From Raja brachyura (Eukaryota): a stretch of DNA of 64,000 bases. Where the stretch lies: assembly GCA_963514005.1 (NCBI GenBank), contig OY740787.1, forward strand, positions 42,594,001 to 42,658,000, in the 5' to 3' direction. A model generated the notes under the pieces. That model did not search any database. It worked only from the letters and a program-made list of their open reading frames with translations, and was not told the origin of the DNA. Made by a program: the position numbers and the translations under genes. Positions 50,201 to 63,800 of this stretch are shown here, piece after piece. The stretch's first letter is position 1; every line of letters starts with the position of its first letter.

Positions 50201-52134
50201 CCCCTACCACCACACACACTCTCCTTATGAGAGTTCTGCATCCACCACCTTCTCAGGCAATGTATTCCAGATTGCAGTCACCCTTTGGTTGAAAAGATAC
50301 TTACTCAGATCCTCACTGAACCGCTTTCTTCCCACTTTAAATCTATGCTCTTTGGGCTGGCGGCGCTGGAAATGGCCACACTTCTGCGTCGAACCACTGG
50401 CTTGGCATCTGAATCATCAGTCAAATGGGATTGCACTTTGTGTTGGATCATTCAGAGTAAATTATATGTTGCTGTGATGAAACGGTCCTAATTGATTAAA
50501 TATTCCTCAAACACACTAAGGTGGTCTCTAGTTCCAAACTAATTCAAACAAATCCTGACTTTCTAATGTTTTGCACATGTTTACCAGGTAATCATGTTGG
50601 TGGCAGTTGTTTGAGAGATGAGAAAATATATTTGAAATAGTTTAAGCCTGTTCACGTTTGTTGGGAAGGTTAATTGGACAATTAGCTTCATTGGTTTGGC
50701 TCTGCGCAGCTATTACAGTTCTTATTCTTTATACCTCATAAAACATCTGACTGGTTTGAAGAAAATATTCCCAATATTGATTGGGAGCAGCTGGGATATT
50801 TATTTATTTTGTAACCAACTATTTATAAATTTGTGTTTTTTTTTCCCTGAGACTCCTGTGAAGAAGAGATTTACAGGAGTGAGCTATCTGGATGATTTCA
50901 GTAATTAAAGAATAAATATCCATGTTACATTGTGCATTATCTCTTGTCGATTGTTCACATGGCTATCCCTCCAGCTGCCTTTGCTTCCTCCTAGCAACCT
51001 AGCTCGGGTGGGAAGGCATGCATGTGAGAAGTCAGTCAACTGCTAAGGACTTCCTGTGCCTTATTCAGAGCACTGCCCCTGCAGAGAGGAAGGATTCTCT
51101 ATTTTCTTCACATTGTTTCCAGCTCCTCTTCTATGCTTCCAGAACAGTTCTCACTTTGCCCAGGGCGTGATGCCTCGTGGGAAATTCCTTGCTGCTAGCT
51201 TTTTTCTTCCTTCCAGTGGGAATTGCATGGCTATATGCCATCGCTGTGTCACCAGGTAATTCATTCTGTGCTCTGGTGCTCTACAAAGAGTGCTTGGACA
51301 TGAGTACAATGTGTTTGCTACAATGTGTTTTACTTGCAGCATGTCGTTGGAGAAGGTGGTGCAGAGCAGACTGGAGAATTAGACTGCACACCTGTAATTA
51401 TTCTTCCGGTTAACAGTTAAAAATAAAGACTTTGCCCCTGGGGGCTAATGGATACATTTTAATGCCAGATTAATTTCATCATAAAAGTGAAAAAAATGTA
51501 CTTTCAGCAGGCTTTTTAACTTCGCTGAATTAAGGCGATGCAAACATTTCCGATTTATATTCATGAGTGAATTGGGTTCTTAACGTGGGCTGCTTTGTTA
51601 GTTAGAAATTTCTGGTATTGATAGATTTTGAAAGTGTTGGTGGTAAGAGGACTTGAGAGGGAAAGATAGATCTTTGAAGAAGCCATGATTGAATGGTGGA
51701 GTAAACTTGATGGGCCTAATGACCTAATTCTACTCCGAGAACCTGTGAACTTTAGTGTTGCAGGTTTAGTTATTAGAACTCCTTCCAACGCTCAGAGGCC
51801 CCTTTTTTGAATTATTACCTTCAACCCTCCATTGCATGAAAGTTGTAAATTGCCCCGAATGTGCAGGTAGGTGGTAGAATATGAGCAAGATTTATGAAAA
51901 TGTGTGTAGAATAACCAAATATGGAATACATGTATATGGGTTGTTGATGGACGGCAGGGACTCAATGGGCTGATAGGCCTGTTTCCATGCGTATTATCTC
52001 TGCATCATCAGTTGCTGAGGTGCAAATAGTGATAACCAGCCAAGGAACATTTAAGCACTGCAAATAACTCAGTAACCATGAAGCATATGTTTGTGCAACT
52101 CAGATTTTACACTTATCAGATGCATGAGTTGGCA

Positions 52135-52980
52135 GAAGATAGACATAAAAAGCTGGAGTAACTCAGCGGGACAGGCAGCATCTCTGGAGAGGAGGAATGG
52201 GTGACGTTTCGGCCGAGACCCTTCTTCAGACTGAGTCACGGAAAAGAGAAATGAGCGACATAGACGATGATGTGGAGACATATAGAACAATGAATGAAAG
52301 ATATACAAAAAAGTAACGATGATGAAGGAAACAGGCCATTGTCAGATGTTTGTTGGGTGAAAACGAGAAGCTGGTGCGACTTCGGGTGGGATAGAGAGAG
52401 AGGGAATGCCGGGGTTACTTGAAATGAGAGAAATCAATATTCATACTACTCGGCTGTAATCTGCCCACGCAAAATATGAGATGCTGTTCCTCCAATTTGC
52501 GTTTAGCCTCACTCTGACAATGGAGGAGACTGAGGACAGAAAAGTCTGTGTGGGAATGGGAAGGAGAATTAAAGTGTCCAGAAATCGGGAGATCAGGTAG
52601 GTTCAGGCAGTCTGAGCGTAGGTGTTCAGCGAAACGATCGCCCAGTCTACGTTTGGTCTCGCCGATGTATAAGAGTCCACATCGGATACAGTAGATGAGG
52701 TTGGAGGAGGTGCAAGTGAACCTCTGCCTAACCTGAAAGGACTGTCGAGGTTCCTGGACAGGGTCTAGGGAGGAGATAAAGGGACAGGTGTTACATCCCC
52801 TGTGGTTTCAGGGAAAAGTGCCTAGGGTGAGTGTGGCTTGGTGGGAAGCAATGAATGAACCACGTTGCGGCGGGATTGGTCTCTGTGGAAATAGGAAGAT
52901 GTGACTCGTGGTGGGATCACGTCAGAGGTGATGGAAATGTCGGAGGATGATGTGTTGGATGCAGAGGCTGATGGGGTGTG
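52135..52980 (-). mobile_element. Penelope-like element 3' part (GIY-YIG to hammerhead-like tail)
   Basis: Reverse complement of 29570-30420. Includes the YIGETKRRLGDRFAEH-type segment and CTGAAGAAGGGTCTCGGCCGAAACGTC at 52203-52229 (minus strand). Confidence 0.9.
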
Positions 52981-55425
52981 CGGAGGATGCGGTGTCTAGT
53001 AGGTGAAATGGGGTATTATGCTTACATAATATATGTAATATATATGATTATAGCATATTATACAGGGAAGACTAGGATCAACAAAAGAATAATTGGTTCC
53101 TGAAACCAAATCAGTGCAGATTTGTCTAGAGGATATGTGAATTATGGTGGAATGATTTCCAGCATTGTATCATTGCTGTGTGTTAGTTGTCAGCAAGCTG
53201 TGGGTTAGATTTTGTTAGTTATCCATTTTTGCAGTATGCATACAAGTACCAATCATCAGTAAAAAGACAATCATGAAAGAGGATTTATTTTATTTCCCTC
53301 ATTCATTCCCTCATGTTTGCACTCATAATCTACTCTTGCAATGTCGTTCATTTAACTTTTCAAGAAATGCTGGGCCTTTTCTTTGCCTTGACAGTGACTG
53401 TGGAAATCAATTATACAATCTCACAACTTTGTGATCACTGATCTAAATCTCACGCATTTCATCTATGTTTATGGCACCTCATTCTAACTTGCAACCACTG
53501 GAAACAATCTGGTTCTATTGACCATATCTTTACTCTCGCATAATTATATCACCTCATTATCTGCATTATCCCAGTGGAAAAAAAATCCCATAATTTCAAG
53601 TCATTACTAATAATATTTTCTCATGCTCTACATCATTCTAGTGAAGCTGTGATGCACCCTGTTTAAAACCTCAATATTGCTGTCCCAGTTGTGTTCAAGG
53701 AGACCTGTCTATAATCATTATATTTCAGTTTAGTCTCATCATTTCCTTATATTTTACATTCTGCCCCTCTATTTTCTGCTTGCAGCAATACTGGGGAACA
53801 ATAAGAATCCTGAGTTGCATTTTCTCCCCCTCCCCTCCTTCTGTCGTGGGGTAGACCGGTTTACTTCAGTTTAGTCCAAGAAGCACAAAGTCAACACTTA
53901 TATAGCGTGGTCACTATTCATCAAATGCTTCTTCGACACGCATGGTTTTTTTGCTCTGAATGTTTTTAAAGTAAATCCTGTCAATTAGCGGTAAACTAAC
54001 ACTGCTGTCACCCACAGTATACTTTCTCCATAGTATCTATATTGTATCCTGAATTTTGGAGATGCATGATGATATTTTTTCTTTCCATTACAAATAATTT
54101 TCATGTGCAGTTCAATTCCCACTTGGGAGTATTTTTGACCCAATGCTGCTTATGGTAATCTCTTAATATAACCCAGATATTTTCAGGATTTAGCATGAAT
54201 GATTAGTGTATGTGGCATAGTGTGAGGTGCCTGTAATATTATTCTATTACGCTCATAGCTGTATCCGTACAATTAAGGAAAACAGGTTGAAAATTAAATA
54301 GATCACATAATTAGTTCTGGCAGGAAGCAACTTAACATTTTGAATATAAACTAATATCGAGAAAGGGTAGCTGCATTAAAGGCTAATACAGAACTGAACT
54401 AATTTGTCATAAATTAATTCCTATCATTAAGATCCTTCTAATTAGTCACCTTCTATAAACCCTATGCTTTGACCAAAAGTTATCTGAGTGTGTAGCTGAT
54501 GCTGGTCCAAACATTTTGATAATTTGGTGAGATTTCTTGTGAAGGAAAGAATTAAGAAATGTACTTTGAAGAGTCACTGTCCTCTTTAGAAGCTCCAATA
54601 ATATAGAAATGCAAAAAGATTAATGGATAATCATCTCCTGTAATCTTTGGGACTTGGGTGAGGTCCCCCATTTAATACTTCTCTGTCACATCAGTCAATT
54701 TCTGTTCACGCATATCTTTACTCATTTTCTAATTGAACAAAAGAGTATTTATTTGGGAATTGTGTCTGAGGGAACCCAGTTAAATCAAAAAGATCACTTT
54801 GCAACAGTTAATAGCTAAAGGATGACCAAGAAAGGCACTCATTCAGCATGGAGTGTGAATCAGTAAAGTATATGATGGGTGGTGTTTCTAGATGTCCAGT
54901 TCACCACAGCTATTCCATGCCATCCTTCTGATTGGAATGTATAGGCATGGTAACGGATATTTAGTGGCAATAACCTCACACCCAATCATCTACACTAGGA
55001 GAGCAACCACCTCAAAATGAGAAAGTGGGGTAGATAATAATTGTTTTTAAAAAGTAATGGCCAAACGAGCCGCAGGACATGTGAAAGCTTTAGGGCACCA
55101 AGGTCCTGTTGACAGCTTCACCACGAAGGATTGAGCTGTTCCACAGTGACCTTTAAATACTTAATATATATTTTTATATATTGGGCACTCCAGAGAGGAG
55201 CTTGAATCTGCAGCTGAAACACAGCAGGCAATGTTCCCATTTTCTCTAGGTTAGGAATTGGCTGCTTCCAATTCAGGAGTGGTACCGCTGCCAGAGAAGA
55301 GCCCAGAGCACCTGTGCAGTCCACGTCTACTGCCATGGTGGTATTAAAATGTGAACCAAGATCACAGGCGTAAACTCCGCAGAAAGAGGGTGAATTCAGA
55401 GTTGAAAACAAAGGTTTTGCAACAT

Positions 55426-56028
55426 GGCGATTTTTTATTACAGGCGATTATTTACTACAGGCGACTAGGCTGTCGCCACATGGTCGCGCGGTGATGCTTG
55501 TTTGGTCATGAGTTGTCTCCTCAAGTCGCCTAAAAAATCATAACCTTTTACTTGTCGACGCTGGACTTTGAAATGTTCAAAACATTTCGGCGACTGTGGG
55601 CTTGGCTTAGCTTGTCTTCTCCTGTCGTAGGTGCTGTCATAGGTTGTCGCCAGGGTGACGCAGGTTGTTGCCTGGCGATGTAGGTTGTCGCCTGGTGATG
55701 ACCGGTGAATTCCATTAGCGACTACATACGTCAATCGGCCACAAGTACCGGCGACTGAATTCTCTTCAGGGTCGTAGCTTGTCGTGGATGGACGTAGGTT
55801 GACTTTGGTTGCCGTAGGTGGTCACCTGTGTGGTCGTAGAATATCGCAGGTGTGGTCGTAGGTGGACATCCTAATGGGTCGCAGGTTGTCGGTAGCTTGC
55901 CGTAGCTTGATTTCGACTAGGTGGTAGGTTATCATAGGACGCGTCCAGTCGCCGGTATTTCGGCGACCTGCTACGACTGTGACTGTCACCGGCAGTTACC
56001 GAAAAAAATCGCCTAAGTGGGACAGGCC
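55426..56028. mobile_element. CpG-rich MITE, same terminal family as 4573-5255; left end truncated
   Basis: Right end AAAAAAATCGCCTAAGTGGGACAGGCC; left remnant GGCGATTTTTT; many internal GTCG/GTAGGT repeats. Confidence 0.7.
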
Positions 56029-59009
56029 TGTTTTGAGTTGAGGGTTTTAGCACTCTGGTGTTTAACTTTCTCCAAGTAGGTGCTGAAACATGTTCACGCT
56101 CTCTGCAACCCCTGGTATAATGCACACTTTGAATATAAATCCCACCCTGGATAATTAATTTCCTGGATGCACCCATTCTGCAAAGGCTGAAAGTAAAGAC
56201 AGTGGTCAATCCACCCTGTGGTCCTCTTGAACATCAGGAGGCCGGGAGTAGCCAAGGGCTACAATTCTAAGGTTGTGTAAAGTGTTGGTATCATATAACT
56301 GGGAGCTGCACCTAGAGACTCGCTTCTATACATACAGTTACGTAAGCAATCATTTGTATACAAGCTCTGTATATATTAGCGTACTTGATGAACAACCATG
56401 CTACAATGAGAGAATCTGAAGAAAATTGTCGCATTCTCATAATGATGGCATTGTTAAGTGAAAGGCCATTTTCTGACATTTTAATTTATATAATGCCTTT
56501 TAAAACACCTGACTGACAGGATTTCGGCTGCCCCCACACTGGTATCACAGTAAGGTTTGGGAACCAGTGGGATTGGGGTTCACCAGCCAAGGGTGGAATT
56601 CCTGGCAGTAAAGTATATTGTTCGATATTGTAGAAACAATACATTGAAAAAATAAACCTTCATCTACTGATGTGAAGCCAACCCAAAGCGTTATTTTTAT
56701 CCTCTCATTTTTGCAACACCTCTCATCTGCACATATGATTTTTTTTTAATCTCTTTGTCCCATTGTCTCCTCTGTTACAAACAGATTGCGGGAGAGAATA
56801 ATGGTGTATGACAGAAGTAAAAGAGCTTAATATTTGGGCTTTATTTTCTTCCTGCCTTCCTCCCCCCCCCCCCCCCCCCAACCTCCCCCACTTACTCTCC
56901 CAATTCTCGATGCTTCAGTAATTTGATCTTTAGCTCATTAGCTGACAGGGATATAAACCTCGATACACCAGAGGGTTGGGAGGCAGTTAAGCAATCTGCA
57001 GCTGATGACTGGGCCCTGGGACAAGGCTTCCTTTGGGAAAATTAAAACCTCTATTTTGAAGAATTAGATGCAGGTCTCTGAGCTGAGCTTCAGCAGCGCA
57101 AGGATGACAACTATTTACACGATAGATACATTGAATCAAGGTGACTGCAACACTGAAATGTGGCCCCTTTAAAAGATGAGGTTTGAGCCAATCAAATAAG
57201 CCTAGTGTTATTGTGAAGGATGTTACAGCATCATTGATCAGAAAGCTATTGATTTGCTATTGCTTTGCGCCTAGCTTTATAATGAGCTAAGAGCCTGTGT
57301 AAAGGTTAGAATGAAATACAGTATAGAGCTAATTTAGGATTATTATGGCAATAATATCATTGTTGAAAAGCAGTGTAGCGTTTATATGGCCTGAGGCACT
57401 AATTCATTCAGGCATTTAAAAAATAGAAGACCCTATTAAATACTACAACACCTGAATGAAATTACTGCGTGTTTTCCATGTTTAATTTATGTATGGGAAA
57501 TGTTCTGTGTAATCCTTAAACAGAAGAGCTGGAGAATAAAGAATGTCGGTGTTAACTGTTCAAAAAGTATAGTTGTAACTCACGATTAGCTGAACATGGT
57601 GTGGATCGATAGACTGCTGCTATTGGATGGAGTTTGATAGCAATGGAGTCTTATCAGTGATCCTCTTATTTTTCTCCATGTTTTTCCAGATAAATAATGT
57701 AGTTTTAACTGCCCAAAATCTTGGAAACATAAGAATGAGTTGCATTGGAATTGCAGTGGAGAATGTGATTAATATTAAGATTAATATTAGGAGCAACATG
57801 GTCCAGAGTTAGCACAACATCTTCCCACAATCAGGATTTGTACACCCCTCTTCCCCATCCCTTCAGTGATGTCATCTGCATGATGAGTTCAAACAAAGAA
57901 TGCCCCTAGCTTTTCAGTTTAGAAAAATATCCAGTGCTTAGTGCAGACTGTGCTTCAACCCGCGGAGTACCCCATCCAAAGCATTCATCTTTTCCAAATT
58001 AAAATATTTTCCCTCTCAAAGAACTCACAGTTTGTAAGCAGGTTTGGAAATTAAAGTTGGCGAATAGGTTATGGCATAAAATCAACTCTGACCATCACAT
58101 TGGAGATAGTGATTTGAACTTTAGGATGTATTTATTTGAATGCTTCACTGGCAGTGTTTCTGTGGAAGCTGCGTGTTATGGGGAATATTTTTTACTGGGG
58201 TTCCTTGTTACTGTGGAAACCGCAAACAATGTACAGACCGATAATAGGCCCAGGTTGGGGGGTCCGCTATATTTTCTCTGCCTTTAAAAGACTTTGGCAC
58301 TGTTGTGCTGTTCCTCTAAAGAGAGGAGCCTGTCGCTGAGTTTGAATGCAAGCGGAGAGGCGGGAGGGCACTGCTCTGATTCACCAGGCCCGCTCGGTTC
58401 ATTGTGCTGAAAGAATTGGCACAATGTTGGGTCAAAGTTCAGGCATTTTATAGACACAGCCATGACCTGTTAATAGATTGTGTGGGTTGCTCTGAGGCCT
58501 GTATGATATAATAATACCCTTGTGCCGGTGCAATGATGTCCCATCTCCTTTATTAAAACATTTGTGTTTATTTTTGATTCCACCTTTATTTTCAAGCCCA
58601 CTCCCCAAATATGGTTCTCCATCCACAAAGGCTGCCATCAACCATTTCCCATGCCTACCCTTCAGCTTGCCCACAGTGGCTTTCCTCTCTTTGTTTCACT
58701 TTGACAAGGATCAGTAAGTCAGTCCACGCAGATTGCACTTTTTCTTGGTATCTTCAAGCCATGGCACAGACACTTCAGCCCAGGCATTGTGTTCCTTCAG
58801 GATATAATAGCCATTAAATGGTGACTTCTCCACCCTGTCCAGCCACTTGCACACACACCCCCTTAACCCCCTATGGCTGGCAATCGAGTGCCAGCACTTA
58901 CCACTGTGTAGTAAATATTGGCTGTAGTAGTGGTAGTGCATGAATACACACTAGTGGTAGTGTGTGACATGGTCGTCTTTTAAATTAAAAAAGCAAAGAA
59001 TGTTGAAGG

Positions 59010-59345
59010 AACAACGTAGTGGAGCTTTTGCCGCACAGCCCCAGCGATCTGGCTTCAATCCCGACCTCCAGTGCCGTCTGTGTAGAGTTTGCACATTCTC
59101 TCTGGGCCCGTGTGTATGTCCCCAGGTGCTCCGTGCTCTTTCCACACCCTAAAGATGTGCAGATGGGTAGGTTAATTGGCCACTGTAAGTTGTCTCTGCT
59201 CTGTAGATGTGTGGTAGAATCTGGGGAGTCGATGAGAATATGGGGAGAATAAAATAGTATTCATGTAGATTTAGAATAAATGGCCAGCTGATGGTTAGCA
59301 TGGGCTCAGTGGGCTGAAGAGCCTGTTTCCGCGCTGTATCTCAAT
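59010..59345 (+). mobile_element. HE1-type SINE
   Basis: GAGTTTGCACATTCTC, GGTAGGTTAATTGGCCACTGTAA and GGGCTGAAGAGCCTGTTTCCGCGCTGTATCTC. Confidence 0.8.
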
Positions 59346-59379
59346 ACATCGCCATGACTCTCAATACATCTCCATGCCT

Positions 59380-61089
59380 CCATGACATCTACCATCCTCG
59401 GAAAGCGCCTGGACCTGATGGTATACCCGGTCGAGTTCTCAAAACCTTTGCAGACCAACTGGTTGGAGTTTTTGCGGAGATTTTCTACCGGTGCCCAAGA
59501 AGAGTAAGGTGACGTGCCTCAACGACTATCGACCAGTGGCACTAACATCTGCTGTGATTAAGTGCTTTGAGAGGTTGGTTATGGTGCATATCAACTCCTA
59601 CCGCAACAAGAACCTCAACCCATTAAAGTTTGCCTACCGTCACAACAGGTCAACGGAGGATGCGATTTCACTGGCTCTCCACTCCGCACTGGACCACTTG
59701 GACAATAAAAGCACTTACTCCAGGCTGTTGTTTATAGACTTCAGCTCGGCGTTCAATACCATCATCCCCTCCAAGCTGGTTACCAAATTGCTCCTGTGCC
59801 TAGCCAAGCTGGCCATGGTGCCAGGTGGAAGAGGGCTGTGCCCGAGCCAGCTGCCTGCCCCTTTTCAGGGGTTACGTCCATGCCAAGGTGGTGTTTGAGA
59901 GGGACTACGCACTGTCCATGGGCGCCCTGGGGGATTTCCGGGACCGCGGGGCACTGCGGGGGGAGTTGAATGCATCCTTGACAAGAAGTGTAAGATAGTT
60001 GTATAAGAGTTTATTGTTTGTCTTGTATTATGGTGGTGGGTTCTGTTTTGTTTTTATTGTATTGTATATATTATTTTAATGTTTGAATAAATATTTTTGA
60101 TTAATTAAAATAAAACATTTAATTTTAAAAAAGCTGGTTACCAAGCTCATGGAACTGGGTCTCTGCGCATCCCTCTCAAATTGGATCCTGGACTTCCTCA
60201 TCCACAGATCACAGTCTGTTTGAATTGGCAGGAATACTTCTTTCTCATTAACAATTAACCAAATGATGCCAACACTACAACCTGGCTCTCAATATCAGTA
60301 GAACGAATGAACTGATTGTGGACTTTGGAAGAGGAAGGATGAGGACCCACAATCCTGTTTATATCAACGGGACGATGGTGGAGAGAGTCAAAATCATCAC
60401 ATTCCTGGGCGTGCATATTTCCAAAGATCTTTCCTGGACCCAGCACAGTGATGCAATTATAAATAAAGCACATCAACGCCTCTACTTCCGGAGAAGATTA
60501 CGGAGATTCGGTATGTCAAAGAGCATTCTCTTGAACTTCTGCAGGTTCACAGTAGAGAGCATATTGACTGGTTGCATCATGGCCTGGTTCGCCAACTTGA
60601 ATGTCCAGGAGCGGAAACGACTGCAAAAAGTGGTGACCACTGCCGGTCCATCACCGGCTCCGTCCTCCCCACCATCGAACGGATTTATCGGAGTCGCTGC
60701 CTCAAAAAGGTAGCCAGCATCATCAGAGATGCAGACCATCCTGGCCACACACTCATTTCACTCGTGCCATCGGGAAGAGGGTACAGGAGCCTGAAAACGG
60801 TAACGTCCAGGTTCAGGAACAGCTTCTTCTCTACAGCCATCAGGCTAATAAACACTACAACCTCAAATAAGCTCTGAACTACAATAGACTATTATTATTA
60901 TTATTGCTGCACTCCTATTGTTTGTTTTTTGAGTGTGTGTGTGAGTATACTGTGAGTGTATGTATAACGTTTTTCCCATTCATATTGTTTACAGTGTACT
61001 ATGTTTACATATTTTGTTGTGCTGCAGCAAGTAAGAATTGCACTGTTCTCTCTGGGACATATGACAATAAAACACTCTTGACTTGACTC
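59380..61089 (+). mobile_element. Rex1/Babar-clade LINE, truncated with internal deletions
   Basis: [43 protein letters not shown]; FLGVHISKDLSW..KAHQRLYF..ESILTGCI; tail ACAATAAAACACTCTTGACTTGACT. Confidence 0.9.
59787..60130 (+). mobile_element. Tx1/L1-type LINE 3' end inserted in the Rex1 element, 14-bp TSD
   Basis: AAGCTGGTTACCAA at 59773-59786 and 60131-60144. The insert encodes LLLCLAKLA.. / [16 protein letters not shown] and has a T-rich 3' UTR, AATAAA and an A-rich tail. Confidence 0.75.
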
Positions 61090-62855
61090 GAAGTAAATAA
61101 ATGACAGACTGACTGAGGCACATTGTATGGGTAGGAGACAAGAAGAACATTATTGTTGACAGAGAGGAGTCACAATAAGTGACAGAGAGGAGTCACAAAA
61201 AATCATTGCAATTAATTGAGATACAGTGGACAGTATGCAAAACAGAGACTGAAAGAGCAATGACGATTAGAGACGTGGGGAGAGAGAGAAAACAATGAAG
61301 AGTATGCAGCAATTCCCCAGAGGAAATTACATCCAAATTAACTAATTATGTCCCTTTTTGAAAAAAGGAAAATGCAAATTATTCCATTGTTTTGAGCAAT
61401 ACGCATACCAATCTTCAAAAAGGGGGGTATGTCATTAGATTGTCAGATCTGTGCAATTAGAATCTATACTTAAAGGCAATGTGTGAATTTGAAATTCAGT
61501 TTATTCAGGGCAGGCTACGTCATGTTTTCCAAATTTGTTTATTTTGAGAAGTGATAAATTAGAGAATCAACCGATTTATGTCTGTAATATTTAGAAAAGT
61601 CTATTAAGAAGATACCTTACAACAAAAACCTACAATTTGATAACAATTTTAATGAGCAGTAAAATTGAACACGCAGCCACATATAATAACACTGATTTTA
61701 AGCATGGTCAAAGCGATGATTTTTAGGAAGAATTTTAAAAGGAGGATAGAGGCATAGAGAGGGTATGACCCAGTGGTGATTTGGACTAAGTGAGATCATG
61801 AGTCTTGCCAATGACAGTGACATAAGATCTTTGCTGTATCTTTGCTGAGAGAGGGGAAATGGGACATAAGGGTGACATAGGCAGGCTAATATTAAGAGCA
61901 GACGAGTGTAACAATCAGAGGGTGAACTTGCAAGCCCCCTTCCCAAGCATGAGAGAGGTGACCCTGATTCACCTCCTGCCTGTGATGGTAATTCAAAGGA
62001 AAAGTCTGGTGCTGTAGAAAGTTTCAGGTATCATCTCACAACCAAGAAGAACTGGATTATCTCAAATGTGTAATATGTACCCCACAAACCATCATTGTGC
62101 ACTGACCAAGCTATCAGTGAACTATCAGCATTCCCGAGAAGCGGAATGAGTGAAAGAAAAATGTCCTTCTTGTGCGTAGCTCCTCAGCCCCTTCATTGTG
62201 ACATCGTGGTCCTGCCAATCACTCAGGCTATGGTAGCTCTCTGAAGGTGAGTGAACTTTTGTTGGGATTATATTCTTTGTTTTCTGCAGGACACTCTGTT
62301 AGTGTCAGAGGTTACCGCAGGCTCCTTTGGGGGTTTGAGAGCAGAGGGAGTTGGGCGGATTTTCTTCTTTATTATCATGGAGATAAGAAAGGGCTAAAAT
62401 AATGGTCACACATACCAGTTAGTGCGATGAGTCAAGACAGCAGTGCTGGTATCCAGCAGACACACTTTTAATTAAACCATGCTACAACCCGTTATGCAAG
62501 GTTCGAGAATGGAAGAAGGCAAGTGAAAGCAAGTTAACCTCTTGTTAGGAGACTCTGCAAGAAGGCAGCATCCACGGCACAGCAGTCAGATCAACCCATA
62601 CACAGAAAATAACATTTGGAAACTAAAGGTCCGTGATCTAACACTTTGGGATTATCGTCAGCCTAGCGTGTGCCTTTCTCATGAAAAGTGGAAGGAATTA
62701 ACCCTTCTCTTTCCAAAGTACAAGAAATGACTTCTCTACCTCCAAACCACAAAATCAGAAAGGCAATGAAGCCCAATGTTGTTGCAGGAAGATGCCATTT
62801 GGCCTGTTACAGCTCTTAGTTCCATTTTTCTGCCTCTTCCCTGTGGCGTTACAAA

Positions 62856-63064
62856 TGAAGATAGACGCAAAGTGGTGGAGTAACTCAGCGGGTCAGGCAG
62901 CATCTCTGGTGAAAAGGAATAGGTGATGTTTCGGGTCTGAAGAAGGGTCTCGAACCGAAATGTCACATATTCCTTTTCTCAAGAGATGCTGCCTGACCCA
63001 CTGAGTTACTCAAGCAGTTTGTATCTATTTTTGATGCAAACTAGCATCTGCAGTTCCTTCCTAC
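62856..63064. mobile_element. Fold-back PLE-derived mini-element
   Basis: GAAGATAGAC...GTTTCGGGT | CTGAAGAAGGGTCTCGAACCGAAATGTCAC...GCAGTTCCTTCCTAC. Confidence 0.8.
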
Positions 63065-63219
63065 GTCTTATAAATAAAAATATGCATCATGTTTGATCTT
63101 GATGATTGCAGTTGAATCTGTTTTGACTGCCCTCTTGGGTAATCCAGCAGTGGAGAGGTTAAGTTGCTAGACAAGTGTCCAGGGTAATGATAAAGAGATA
63201 TGAATCTGAATCCCATTAG

Positions 63220-63800
63220 ATCAATCTTGGGGTTCAGATCCACAGCTCCCTGAACGCAGCATCACAAGTAGGCAGGGTGGTAAAGAAGGCATTTGGCATG
63301 CTTGCCTTCATCAGTCCGAGCTTTAAGTATAAAAGTTGGGAAGTCACGTTGCACATGTATAAAACTTTGGTTAGGCTTCATTTGGAATATTATGTTCTGT
63401 TCTGCTCATCTCATTAGGAAAGGGCTTGGCATGGAAGGAGTTTTCCAGGATGGTGCTTGAATTGGAGAGTATTATCTATAAAAATAGGTTGGATTGTTTC
63501 CTGTGGAGTGACCTGATAGAAGTTTGTAAAATTATAAGAGACATGGATATGATATATCAACTGAGGATGGAAATGTCAGCTGCCAGAAATAAGTAGGTGC
63601 CTGAAACGTGCTTCAGGGGTGGTGGAGGAAGCATGTACAATAGCAACATTTAAGAGGTGTTTAGACAGACACGTGAACCGGTGGGGAACAAAGGGATACA
63701 GACCATGTGCAGGCAGGTGGGATCAGTTAATCTGGCATCATGGTCAGCACAGACATGGTGAGCTAAAGGGCCTGAAACTGTACTGTACTGCACTGTATCT
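63220..63800 (+). mobile_element. CR1 3' fragment
   Basis: RVVKKAFGMLAFI..YKSWEV..KTLVR.HLEY and AAAGGGCCTG tail. Confidence 0.8.

Noticed and set aside
55465-56030. CRISPR-like or satellite array
   Set aside because: Repeats are 5-8 nt, irregular and without spacers; bounded by a transposon terminus.
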